Shown: positions 25,638 to 33,876 of the stretch, one piece after another
Layout: each line of letters starts with the position of its first letter
Position numbering within the stretch: the first letter of the stretch is position 1
Source of the DNA: Escherichia phage Phi1
Length of the DNA: 64,000 bases
Direction: 5' to 3' (one strand)
Sequence record: EF437941
Program-made: the position numbers and the translations under genes
Notes under the pieces: model-generated
Database searches by the model: none
What the model saw: only the letters and a program-made list of their open reading frames with translations
Told to the model about the DNA's origin: nothing

Positions 25638-25826
25638 TCAACACTTAACGTTATTCAAACGATTTTGAAAGTACATATAGCAAGCATAATTTTGCTTTGG
25701 TTGTACCGTATCAGATAGACACGCTTTTACAGCCTCGCGGTCCGATGGATCTACACCCTCAGCTTTAAGTAATGCTAAAATCTGGTTATATCGTACTCTT
25801 AGTTGTACTAATGGTTTATCCCCCAT
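25638..25826 (-). CDS. hypothetical protein
   Basis: Internal ATG after GGGGGT RBS taken as start (track 25892). Confidence 0.4.
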   Translation of the reverse strand: MGDKPLVQLRVRYNQILALLKAEGVDPSDREAVKACLSDTVQPKQNYACYMYFQNRLNNVKC

Positions 25827-25836
25827 ATTACCCCCA

Positions 25837-26064
25837 TTATAGTTGATCAGCAATGTATGCGGTGCATTTGCGGAGTTTAGCCATAGCACCACCTTTCATG
25901 TCGCTTGCGCCTACAATGTTCATGATCTCTAAGCGATCAGCCGGATTCAGTCTAGTAGCCCAGATCTGGTTAGCCAGTTCCATTTTACCCATCTGCGGTT
26001 CCATCTCAAACAGTTCACGCTCAAAGTCGATAATTTCTTTTGCGGCGTCTTTAAAGTTAATCAT
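25837..26064 (-). CDS. hypothetical protein
   Basis: ORF behind stem-loop promoter ~26094-26122. Confidence 0.5.
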   Translation of the reverse strand: MINFKDAAKEIIDFERELFEMEPQMGKMELANQIWATRLNPADRLEIMNIVGASDMKGGAMAKLRKCTAYIADQL

Positions 26065-26093
26065 TTTGATTCTCCCGTTTCGTTGATGGTTGT

Positions 26094-26122
26094 ATTGTAG
26101 GGGAGTTATCCTCCCCTGTCAA
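26094..26122 (-). promoter_or_regulatory. early promoter with stem-loop in spacer (PeSL-like)
   Basis: TTGACA-GGGGAGGATAACTCCCC-TACAAT. Confidence 0.6.
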
Positions 26123-26130
26123 CACTTTTA

Positions 26131-26316
26131 TCAGAAATATGCAATATAGTTTGCCAGTCCTACAGAGTCATCATTCGGCATTGCTTTTACTGCCAGTTCA
26201 AACCCTGCTTCAACTTTCTGTTTAGCGGATTCTTCGTTATAACCCCAGATTACCAGAATAGCTACTACGTTTTCTTTGCTTACTGCTTTCAGTGCTTTAG
26301 TGATGCGACGTGCCAT
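26131..26316 (-). CDS. hypothetical protein
   Basis: ORF behind promoter ~26363-26391 and conserved leader. Confidence 0.5.
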   Translation of the reverse strand: MARRITKALKAVSKENVVAILVIWGYNEESAKQKVEAGFELAVKAMPNDDSVGLANYIAYF

Positions 26317-26362
26317 AATTTGATTCTCCGTTTAAGAAAGTGTGTTTCGTTTCGATGGGTGT

Positions 26363-26391
26363 ATTATGCTATAGGCCGGATCTGGTGTCAA
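26363..26391 (-). promoter_or_regulatory. early promoter
   Basis: TTGACA-N17-CATAAT followed by the conserved leader. Confidence 0.5.
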
Positions 26392-26417
26392 CAACTTTTT
26401 TAAAAAAATTTTAGGCA

Positions 26418-26447
26418 ATAAAAAAGCCACTCCGAAGAGTGGCTTAT
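26418..26447 (-). terminator. intrinsic terminator
   Basis: Hairpin AAGCCACTCTTCGGAGTGGCTT plus TTTTTTATTGCC on the minus strand. Confidence 0.7.
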
Positions 26448-26590
26448 AGGGAAGGTAGCGAATCTTCCTTGTCTCCAACCTGCTAGCGGCCTAGCAAGTG
26501 AATGCTTTAGCGTACCGGATCGCCCACATACGCTGTAATAAATGCGGCTAGGTGACGTCCAAATCATTCTAACCGCGCTGTCTTTAGTTC
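26448..26590 (-). ncRNA. candidate small non-coding RNA (late-promoter-like motif to terminator, no ORF)
   Basis: TATAAATA on the minus strand at ~26581-26588, ~130 nt with local hairpins (GGAAG...CTTCC, GCTAG..CTAGC), then a strong terminator. Confidence 0.3.
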
Positions 26591-26594
26591 ACTA

Positions 26595-26813
26595 TTATTT
26601 ATATCGCTTTCTCTCGCGACGTTTTTGATCTTCTTCCTTGATAGAGTTAAATGCATCAAAAAGACACATGACACTGATAATGAACATAACCGTATTTTCT
26701 ACGATATCCAACGGCTTCGCATCAGTACAGATCACCCAAACGGTAAGAAATGCAAATAAGGCAGAAGAGATCACAAGCATGATACTTGCTAAGATATAAA
26801 AAGTCATTTTCAT
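26595..26813 (-). CDS. small membrane protein
   Basis: 72 aa, hydrophobic N-terminus, basic tail. Confidence 0.45.
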   Translation of the reverse strand: MKMTFYILASIMLVISSALFAFLTVWVICTDAKPLDIVENTVMFIISVMCLFDAFNSIKEEDQKRRERKRYK

Positions 26814-27004
26814 GGTTTTACCTCAATTCTTCGATATTCATCACACATCCACGCAGTAAGCAAGAATCCCAACACATAAGCAACAAAATACGTTAATGCT
26901 TCTTCTGGTTCGGTGCTATGCGCCATCATCAGACCAGCGAGAAAGGTCTTAACAATTACATTTAAAATAATTAGCCACGCAAATAATTTCATCGTTTGCC
27001 CCAT
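26810..27004 (-). CDS. small membrane protein
   Basis: 64 aa, two TM helices. Confidence 0.45.
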   Translation of the reverse strand: MGQTMKLFAWLIILNVIVKTFLAGLMMAHSTEPEEALTYFVAYVLGFLLTAWMCDEYRRIEVKP

Positions 27005-27228
27005 TTCGGACGAGTCTTTTCAAACTTATACATTACGCAACAATCTCGAATCATCCACGTAACAAGAGCACCAGTCAACACAGACAACACACAGAAGAAG
27101 TAAAACGGTCCGGTTGCATTATCAACATGAGCAAGCCATGTAAAGAAAACACATGCAAGGAATGTAAAGAACATCATAAAACACAAGAAAGCAAAATATT
27201 TTATGCTACTCATAGCGCCACCATACAA
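26989..27228 (-). CDS. small membrane protein
   Basis: 79 aa, hydrophobic. Confidence 0.45.
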   Translation of the reverse strand: MYGGAMSSIKYFAFLCFMMFFTFLACVFFTWLAHVDNATGPFYFFCVLSVLTGALVTWMIRDCCVMYKFEKTRPKWGKR

Positions 27229-27316
27229 CAGATCATAAGAAAACCCAACGCAATAAGAATTGCATCAAATTTAGTGAACTCCGGTCCACCTATCAACATC
27301 ATTCGTTCCTGTTCAG

Positions 27317-27559
27317 TTATAGATCACAGAGCCATCTTAAAGCACCACATAAAGCGAGCAGAATACTAGGTATAAACGAGATCAAAACAAGTTTGCAAAA
27401 ATCATCTAAGGTAACACCGGAATAGCTACCAACTGTAACAACACCGATCATAAGACACAGAAAGAAAACAAATGCAATCAGAAACAAAGTATTGCTAAAC
27501 AGTTTAGTGATCATTAGACACCCCACGACGGTCAATTTCAAAAACTTTTTTATCATCAA
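27317..27559 (-). CDS. small membrane protein
   Basis: 80 aa, hydrophobic. Confidence 0.45.
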   Translation of the reverse strand: MMIKKFLKLTVVGCLMITKLFSNTLFLIAFVFFLCLMIGVVTVGSYSGVTLDDFCKLVLISFIPSILLALCGALRWLCDL

Positions 27560-27707
27560 CGAAGCATGTCACAACTGCCTCGTTGACTTCCGCAAATTGT
27601 TGTGTTACCCACTTAAGGTCAGATCGAAACAATGTTCTATTAATAACAAATGTTTTACCGCTCTTATCCTTACCCATAAATTTTGCTTTAACCATATCCA
27701 ATTCCAT
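27504..27707 (-). CDS. hypothetical protein
   Basis: Soluble 67-aa ORF, tiled. Confidence 0.4.
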   Translation of the reverse strand: MELDMVKAKFMGKDKSGKTFVINRTLFRSDLKWVTQQFAEVNEAVVTCFVDDKKVFEIDRRGVSNDH

Positions 27708-27719
27708 ATTATCACCTTA

Positions 27720-27878
27720 TTTGCTAATCGCTAAACCTAATCCGAAGAGAGCACCCGACGCTACAGTATACCCGAAAGTTTCAAAGGCAGTAAAGATATC
27801 TAAGCCACCAGCTAACAGAGTTGCAGTAAACAGAGTACCAGCTACGAACATAAAAGTTTTACCGATAAATTTCATTTT
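27720..27878 (-). CDS. small membrane protein (~52 aa, below ORF-track cutoff)
   Basis: ATG after AAGGAGAATCAAA directly behind stem-loop promoter ~27907-27935; coordinates approximate. Confidence 0.4.
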
Positions 27879-27906
27879 GATTCTCCTTTCGTTTGTTTGT
27901 GGGGGT

Positions 27907-27935
27907 ATCTTACTACCCCCGTTTCATGTTGTCAA
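27907..27935 (-). promoter_or_regulatory. early promoter with stem-loop (PeSL-like)
   Basis: TTGACA-N17-TAAGAT; inverted repeat GGGGGTAGTAAGATACCCCC. Confidence 0.55.
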
Positions 27936-27941
27936 CTATTT

Positions 27942-28316
27942 TTAAGAATATTTTACTTCGTCTACAATGTCTTTCATGACATTGATTTCCATTCCGGTCA
28001 GAACACGTTGGAACATGTGCTGAACATACGCTTTCAGGTATTCATTTGATGGCTTGCTATCGAAAGTCTTTTTAGTGTAGTAGTCATCACCGAAAGCTAC
28101 TGTAATTACATTTTCGTCGTCGTTCCAAGCGATATAAGCAAATTTGCCGTTATCCCAGAAGCGAGCACTAATTGCTACTTTTGTTGAATCGAATCCTACT
28201 TCGCTGTGAGATTCAAGAACTACTTGCGTGCCAGTTTCTTTATGAATGTAGTAGCGGGATACTAAGTCAAAGTTACGGGTGTAGTGACATTCGAACTTAT
28301 CTTTAAACATCATCAT
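27942..28316 (-). CDS. hypothetical protein
   Basis: ORF behind promoter ~28355-28383; start at ATG after GGGAGAATCAAAA. Confidence 0.5.
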   Translation of the reverse strand: MMMFKDKFECHYTRNFDLVSRYYIHKETGTQVVLESHSEVGFDSTKVAISARFWDNGKFAYIAWNDDENVITVAFGDDYYTKKTFDSKPSNEYLKAYVQHMFQRVLTGMEINVMKDIVDEVKYS

Positions 28317-28354
28317 TTTTGATTCTCCCAAGTGTTTTTCGTTTCTATGTGTGC

Positions 28355-28383
28355 ATTATGCTATAGTCGTTTATGGTTGTCAA
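28355..28383 (-). promoter_or_regulatory. early promoter
   Basis: TTGACA-N17-CATAAT directly downstream of the terminator. Confidence 0.5.
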
Positions 28384-28387
28384 CACA

Positions 28388-28420
28388 TAAAAACAAAAAA
28401 ACCCCGAAAAATTTTCGGGG
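28388..28420 (-). terminator. intrinsic terminator after the 1-57A-57B unit
   Basis: Hairpin CCCCGAAAATTTTTCGGGG followed by TTTTTTTGTTTTT on the minus strand. Confidence 0.75.
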
Positions 28421-28427
28421 TATAGAA

Positions 28428-28898
28428 TTACAGTTTGGTCGTCCACTCCAGGTCTAGATCTTCGACATATTCATGAGATCGGACAATCTCTAAATCGAAC
28501 TCTAGGTCAGTGCCAAATTTACGCGCACCAACATCATAAGAAAGCGTGATATGCGGTACATATTCAGGATAATCCCACGTCGCACCTAAAGCAGTTCCGA
28601 TATCGTGTCTGAATTGCATGTAGTCGCTTTCAAATGCCAACACAAGCGCATTAGTACCGGATTGAGTTTCAAACACTTTCAGATGGCATAGAGAGCCTAA
28701 AAACTTTTCACCCTCTTCTGGGATAAACGGAACATAGACACGAGAATATAAGATAGTGCTATGCAGTTTATCACGAGGAACGGCATTAGGCAGATCGTAG
28801 AACTCCTGCAATTTTTCAATGCGGTCTAGTGTATCCTCAGTGAATTTAACAGCCGCATATGTACCTTTAACGGATTCTCGAAACGGGGTCATAATCAA
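28428..28898 (-). CDS. 57B: gp57B-like protein
   Basis: Size (156 aa) and position immediately downstream of 57A in the 1-57A-57B order of T4; synteny only. Confidence 0.45.
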   Translation of the reverse strand: MIMTPFRESVKGTYAAVKFTEDTLDRIEKLQEFYDLPNAVPRDKLHSTILYSRVYVPFIPEEGEKFLGSLCHLKVFETQSGTNALVLAFESDYMQFRHDIGTALGATWDYPEYVPHITLSYDVGARKFGTDLEFDLEIVRSHEYVEDLDLEWTTKL

Positions 28899-29161
28899 GC
28901 CTCCGTGATCAGTTCTACTTCCTCTTTATCGTCTTCCGCTGCTTCGTCTTTAGGGAGAAGTGCTTTCACTTCTTCGACAATCGCATCAAGGGAAACAGTG
29001 CCGTTTTCGTCTGGCTGAATACCCAGAATGCGTACCAGTTCCATCAATACACGCTCACGATCTTTCAGTTGGCCTTCTAAGAATGCGGCCTTTTCTTGAG
29101 TGTCAAACAGACGTACTTTCAGGACATTAATCATTTGTTCATGCTGATTGGACATATTCAC
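28895..29161 (-). CDS. 57A: tail fibre assembly chaperone gp57A-like
   Basis: Small acidic coiled-coil protein (88 aa) immediately downstream of gene 1. Confidence 0.55.
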   Translation of the reverse strand: MNMSNQHEQMINVLKVRLFDTQEKAAFLEGQLKDRERVLMELVRILGIQPDENGTVSLDAIVEEVKALLPKDEAAEDDKEEVELITEA

Positions 29162-29187
29162 ATCTCCTACTTGTTGATAACTTTTTA

Positions 29188-29844
29188 TTAAATGTTCGCG
29201 AGAATCGCGCTTTCAAATTCTTCTAATGTGCCATTATTTATAATGATGGTTTCACCGTCAATAGGCAAAATTCCTTTTTCGGTGGAGTGAGTCGATACAA
29301 TACCAGTATCACGCTGAATATGCAACACCTTAGCACCCATAGAACGCATGAGAGCAATTTCAATAGGCTGACGCACATCAACCACTACAAAATACCCTTC
29401 TTCATTTTTGCGCTTCATAAACTCATCCACAAAGAGATTACACCAATAAAGCGGATTGATCAAGTTAACCATTATATCAGTACCGAGAGTGGTTAACATG
29501 AGACGAATAGACCAGACGTTATTATGTTTTTCGCCGATCTCATTAACGACCTTGTAAATCTCAGCCAGACGATCACAAGTAAAGGAGCTACCGCCATACT
29601 TCGAATCTAGCATAAGCAGACACTGAATAAACCACTTATGCGCGGTGTAGGTATCAATACCTAGATCGGCTTCTCTGTCACGCCCTAACCCGTCAAAGTC
29701 AAGATAAGTCAGACCTAAGTCTGGTTGACATTCGCATAAGATTTCTTTGATCGGTGCTGCCAGTTGATAACTGTGTCCATCAATGATTAACGCGGCAGTG
29801 TCTTTTCCTACTCGCTTTTTACCACAAAGTGCAATCAATTTCAT
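29188..29844 (-). CDS. 1: deoxynucleoside monophosphate kinase
   Basis: N-terminal P-loop GKKRVGKDT; LGTD and DVRQ motifs match T4 gp1 as recalled. Confidence 0.9.
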   Translation of the reverse strand: MKLIALCGKKRVGKDTAALIIDGHSYQLAAPIKEILCECQPDLGLTYLDFDGLGRDREADLGIDTYTAHKWFIQCLLMLDSKYGGSSFTCDRLAEIYKVVNEIGEKHNNVWSIRLMLTTLGTDIMVNLINPLYWCNLFVDEFMKRKNEEGYFVVVDVRQPIEIALMRSMGAKVLHIQRDTGIVSTHSTEKGILPIDGETIIINNGTLEEFESAILANI

Positions 29845-29859
29845 TATATAAGCCTCTTA

Positions 29860-30450
29860 TTACTTTCTAAAAGCAGGGTGCATAGCTTTAATACCTTCCA
29901 CCCGCTGACGATCCGCCGCCTGAATTGCTGGGCGAGGAACGATCAGTTGACCATCACGTTCAATGCTCATTGTTTTAAATGGAAGAATTGCAGTACACAC
30001 CAGAGATTCATGCATATCATCGGTGTATGTTAACTCAAGTTCCCCCAATTGTGAACACCAACAACCATAAAAGTTAAAGGTGCAAACAATGTTACGTCGT
30101 TCATTGTCCATCATGTGAACTTGAACGGCTTCCGGCATTGAATCCTTCCACGCTGTGGAATTACCGTTATTGTAGTCTACTATAGAAAGCATCCATGTGT
30201 AAAGGTTTAGATAGCTTTCTAGATGTTCATCGACAATAAACCGAACTACCAACGGGTCAAACTCCACATGACTAGACGGATAATCAGCAACCGCCAAACC
30301 ATATTGACCAGCAACTTGCTTAGTCGGTGGAATGGTTATAGCAGGAAGTGTAACACCTTGACAGTTTAAAGTAAAGCCTTTTGTTAGTTGTCCATCTGGA
30401 ATATTGATCTGCCAGTTACTAGGGTTAGCATAGTTAAAGAGATTAGACAT
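29860..30450 (-). CDS. 3: tail completion / sheath stabiliser protein gp3-like
   Basis: Size and position relative to genes 1 and 2; late-promoter-like AATAAATA upstream; synteny only. Confidence 0.55.
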   Translation of the reverse strand: MSNLFNYANPSNWQINIPDGQLTKGFTLNCQGVTLPAITIPPTKQVAGQYGLAVADYPSSHVEFDPLVVRFIVDEHLESYLNLYTWMLSIVDYNNGNSTAWKDSMPEAVQVHMMDNERRNIVCTFNFYGCWCSQLGELELTYTDDMHESLVCTAILPFKTMSIERDGQLIVPRPAIQAADRQRVEGIKAMHPAFRK

Positions 30451-30639
30451 TACTGATTCCTCAAATGAAAATATTTATTAACAATTGTCGCTTTGCGACG
30501 TGCCGTAGGCACTGACTACTTTTTAACCGAAACAAATTTTTATTATTCTAAAGATCTTTCTTCGTTTTGGTTATGTTTTAACCAATAACTATATTTTTAT
30601 ACAGTAATAAATAAAACGGGTACTATACGAGGACTTCTT

Positions 30640-30894
30640 ATGACAGAAGACATTTTGTTAAAACTCTATGATCGTTTGGATAACGAATTAGCAACATTGC
30701 GGGGTGAAGTTCTCTATTTGTCTAAATGCAATACAGATCTGCTTAAGCAGATTGCAGAAAGGGATGACCAAATAAAATCCCTTTCAGGTGCATTACGTGA
30801 TCGCGACAAGGCATTAGAGATTTTACAGCGTGTTACCAATAAGGAAGAATTAAAAGACTTCTTACATGGTTATGCTCATGCTATCGATCTATAA
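30640..30894 (+). CDS. hypothetical coiled-coil protein (divergent plus-strand ORF in a minus-strand region)
   Basis: 84-aa ORF with heptad-like Leu spacing, ending at a bidirectional terminator. Confidence 0.45.
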   Translation: MTEDILLKLYDRLDNELATLRGEVLYLSKCNTDLLKQIAERDDQIKSLSGALRDRDKALEILQRVTNKEELKDFLHGYAHAIDL

Positions 30895-30927
30895 TAAAAA
30901 AGCCCGTCAATGACGGGCTTAATTTTA
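30894..30927. terminator. bidirectional intrinsic terminator
   Basis: Hairpin AGCCCGTCAATGACGGGCT flanked by an A-run and a T-run; follows the stops of convergent ORFs 30640..30894 and 30925..31956. Confidence 0.65.
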
Positions 30928-31956
30928 ATATGTATCAGCTAATTTAATTATGTTATCAAGTTCCGTGATTGGTAAAGTTTCTGTGTATCCATCTTTCAAC
31001 ATGGATTTGTCAACAACGCCACAATGATAAGTTCTCTTTATTTCCTTTTCAAGTTCCCACGGAATCCAGCCATCAACACTTTGTTTGACGTAAACAAGTT
31101 TGTGAACAAACTTAGATTTCTGCATATGTTGTTTCATTCTGGTTTCTGGTAATTCATTGGTTACACCAAACTTTATAAATTTATCATCTAACGTCTGGAT
31201 ATAAAAATATCCCATCTCAGATGGACGATAGCCAGAAGAACTACATTTCGGACACCCTTTAGATCTATGACCATCAAAAGTACAAAATCTAACAGAAAAC
31301 TCCTGATTGTGTTTATTGCACTTCATTTTCAACCATGATTTATCAGATCCTATCCATCCACCATCAAATTCAATAAAACTATAATTTAATTGGTCGCATC
31401 TTTCAATTATTCGTTTAATAGCCACACTTTCTGGTAACAAGTGTGTTGTCTTTTTACTTTCGTTTACACATTTCTTACAACCACATGTCCCACACTTCGT
31501 GAAGTTAAAGAATTGTGTGTTCTTCCAAATATGGTTATGTTTCTTACATTTTAATATCATTTTAGTAGTGACGTGCTTCCACGCACCAACAAAACCTAAA
31601 AATTCATAGTTTAATTCCTCACATCTTTCTTTTGCTATTTTAATAGCGTCTTCTTCTAGTAAAGACCCGTTACACTGCGGACAGCCTACTATAACCTTTT
31701 TACCATAGAAACTATTGCTAGAAACATCATAGATAGACCCGTGCTTATTGCATTGGATAACAGATCTAGTCAATTTTCCTTTCCATTCTCCAGAAAATCC
31801 TAAGAATGTATGGTCGACAAGTTTACACCTTTCAATAACTTTATCCGCAAATTCTCTAGGAGATTTTGTTACCTTGTTTACTCTGTATTCTATTTCTTCC
31901 GGTTGACGAAGATCATAAACGTGGGGATTGCTCCCCACGGAATTAATATTACGCAT
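30925..31956 (-). CDS. T5orf172/GIY-YIG-like domain protein with three N-terminal Cys-rich repeats (putative freestanding nuclease)
   Basis: Three ~58-aa repeats (IERC..L.Y.F.GF.G.W...KC.KH...GCPxC); C-terminal GYFYIQT...KFGVT...R motif; ATG overlaps the gene 2 stop (ATGCGTAA). Confidence 0.6.
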   Translation of the reverse strand: MRNINSVGSNPHVYDLRQPEEIEYRVNKVTKSPREFADKVIERCKLVDHTFLGFSGEWKGKLTRSVIQCNKHGSIYDVSSNSFYGKKVIVGCPQCNGSLLEEDAIKIAKERCEELNYEFLGFVGAWKHVTTKMILKCKKHNHIWKNTQFFNFTKCGTCGCKKCVNESKKTTHLLPESVAIKRIIERCDQLNYSFIEFDGGWIGSDKSWLKMKCNKHNQEFSVRFCTFDGHRSKGCPKCSSSGYRPSEMGYFYIQTLDDKFIKFGVTNELPETRMKQHMQKSKFVHKLVYVKQSVDGWIPWELEKEIKRTYHCGVVDKSMLKDGYTETLPITELDNIIKLADTY

Positions 31957-32770
31957 CTTTCCACACCTTCCTTGCATCGTAATTTTTTCCCTTTGACAAG
32001 AAACGGAACGTTGGCATGAATATGACATTCCCCCAGTCTTTCGGGCTAATCTCAACAAGTTTTGTTTTAATGTGTCCCGGTAGATATGCTTTGATCATGT
32101 GATCACTTCCACGCATACCTTTTACATCGCTCCATTTGATTTTTAAGCGTGTTTTATTGCTCAAGGTAGGAGTAGATGCATATTGCTTTAAAAGTGCCTC
32201 TAAAAACTGCTGACGGGCTTTAGGCGTTACATAGTGCAAGTTAAGACCCAACATTACAGTATTACCCGCCTTTGTCTTAGAATCACCCAGACAAATGATC
32301 AGCGGGAAAACATCCCAATATGGCAAAGTGTCTTTATACTTCGCATCATACATAAAGGTATAGATTCGCCCTACTTGCGGTTTTACAATCTGGTGTCCCT
32401 TTATTCCCGCTTTTATTGTTTTAGTAAACCACTCCTGTGATTTTTCTTTAGGGCGACTCTTTGATACAGCACGCATAGACGCACGAAAATCATTAATCAT
32501 CATCATTGCGCGTTGCTGCTTATTGAGACCCTTTGCGCCTTTCCCTTTTAGTTTTTCAACTTCTATTGCTGTTTTAATTTCGCTGGGATAACGAGACATA
32601 CTTTTAGTGAAAGTCGCATAGGCTATTCCCTTAGAATCTGCAAATGCTTTAGCTGTCATTCCTTTGGCTTTTGCTTTCGCAAATTCTACACCCAATTCGA
32701 CCCACTGTTTAGACTTTCGTTTTTGGGGAGACGGCTTTTCGTCTTCGGTGATTATTTCAAATACGCTCAT
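31949..32770 (-). CDS. 2: DNA end protector protein gp2-like
   Basis: 273 aa, basic; adjacent to gene 4 as in T4; size and synteny. Confidence 0.65.
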   Translation of the reverse strand: MSVFEIITEDEKPSPQKRKSKQWVELGVEFAKAKAKGMTAKAFADSKGIAYATFTKSMSRYPSEIKTAIEVEKLKGKGAKGLNKQQRAMMMINDFRASMRAVSKSRPKEKSQEWFTKTIKAGIKGHQIVKPQVGRIYTFMYDAKYKDTLPYWDVFPLIICLGDSKTKAGNTVMLGLNLHYVTPKARQQFLEALLKQYASTPTLSNKTRLKIKWSDVKGMRGSDHMIKAYLPGHIKTKLVEISPKDWGNVIFMPTFRFLSKGKNYDARKVWKDA

Positions 32771-32781
32771 AATATTATCCT

Positions 32782-33255
32782 CTATTTGTTAAGCCCTTTA
32801 AAGCCAAACACTTTCTTTAATGCATGTTCGGTTATGATCTTAAACTCCATGTTATGCTTTTGACATAATTTCACGGCAGCTAACCATTTTTCAGTATTTT
32901 TTGTGTATGTCCATACTTCATGCATATATCGTTGCTTTGTCTTCGCGGTCATTCTTTTTGGCTTTTCCGGTGGCCTTGTCTCTTTAGCTGGTTTAACTTC
33001 CCATAAATGCTCCTTGCCATCATCAAACTTAACGTAAAAATCCATAAAGTATCTGTGTCTTTTTCCGTCTGTTGATGACTCATAAGGAATTACTACGGTC
33101 TCAGATCCCCATTTTGCAACTCTAGGATTGCGGTCTAGCCACTGCATGATCCATCTTTCCCAGCTTGAACGGTATGTGATCTTACGTATATCCCCTTTAT
33201 ACTTTTTCTTATTCTCAGGAACATACTTGCCCTTATAAGTGTTAGATCCTCCCAT
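32782..33255 (-). CDS. 4: head completion protein gp4-like
   Basis: 157 aa, divergent from gene 53 as in T4; size and synteny. Confidence 0.65.
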   Translation of the reverse strand: MGGSNTYKGKYVPENKKKYKGDIRKITYRSSWERWIMQWLDRNPRVAKWGSETVVIPYESSTDGKRHRYFMDFYVKFDDGKEHLWEVKPAKETRPPEKPKRMTAKTKQRYMHEVWTYTKNTEKWLAAVKLCQKHNMEFKIITEHALKKVFGFKGLNK

Positions 33256-33270
33256 TTTAGCACCCTTTAT

Positions 33271-33278
33271 TATAAATA
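33271..33278 (+). promoter_or_regulatory. T4-type late promoter (TATAAATA) for gene 53
   Basis: Exact TATAAATA ~33 nt upstream of the ATG. Confidence 0.65.
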
Positions 33279-33310
33279 CATAATACTATTTATCAATTGA
33301 GGGTGCTAAA

Positions 33311-33865
33311 ATGCTCTTTTCTTTCTTCCCTGCCATTGAATACAACGGCAAGATGATTACTGACATTGTGCGCAATTACCGCGCATATTTCAACGCAATA
33401 ATTTCTGATTATAACATACAAACATATTACATTCAAGGTAGTCCACGACCGGAACAAGTTGCATATGAAGTATACGGAAACCAACAACTTTACTGGATCT
33501 TGCTGATGCTTAATGACGTATACGATCCGTTTCATGACTGGATCACCGATCAAGAGACAGCATATGAATCAGCCGAACAGCGATATGCAAATGTAGGAGG
33601 AAATCAAGTATTATACCACGTTGATATTGACGGAAACAAGTATTGGAATCTTACCGAATATCCGAAAGGATCAAGCAATTGGTATGATAAAGGGGATATT
33701 CATCACCGTCATTTGCAGTTTCAGGGTGCATTATCGGCAGTAGACACACTGGAAGATGCGATCCTCCGTAATGAGGAACGACGCAAGATCAAGATCATAG
33801 ATCCTACACAAATTAAACAATTTATTAACGCATTCATTCGAGAAATGGAAAAGGCTGATGTGTAA
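33311..33865 (+). CDS. 53: baseplate wedge protein gp53
   Basis: First gene of the plus-strand late cluster, late promoter TATAAATA upstream; size and synteny. Confidence 0.75.
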   Translation: MLFSFFPAIEYNGKMITDIVRNYRAYFNAIISDYNIQTYYIQGSPRPEQVAYEVYGNQQLYWILLMLNDVYDPFHDWITDQETAYESAEQRYANVGGNQVLYHVDIDGNKYWNLTEYPKGSSNWYDKGDIHHRHLQFQGALSAVDTLEDAILRNEERRKIKIIDPTQIKQFINAFIREMEKADV

Positions 33866-33876
33866 GGTGATTAATT

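Noticed and set aside
1-33000. tRNA genes expected by analogy with the T4 tRNA cluster
   Set aside because: Scanning intergenic segments (15391-15702, 26317-26594, 30451-30639) showed no T-arm (GTTCRANYC within a 5-bp stem) or cloverleaf; none called
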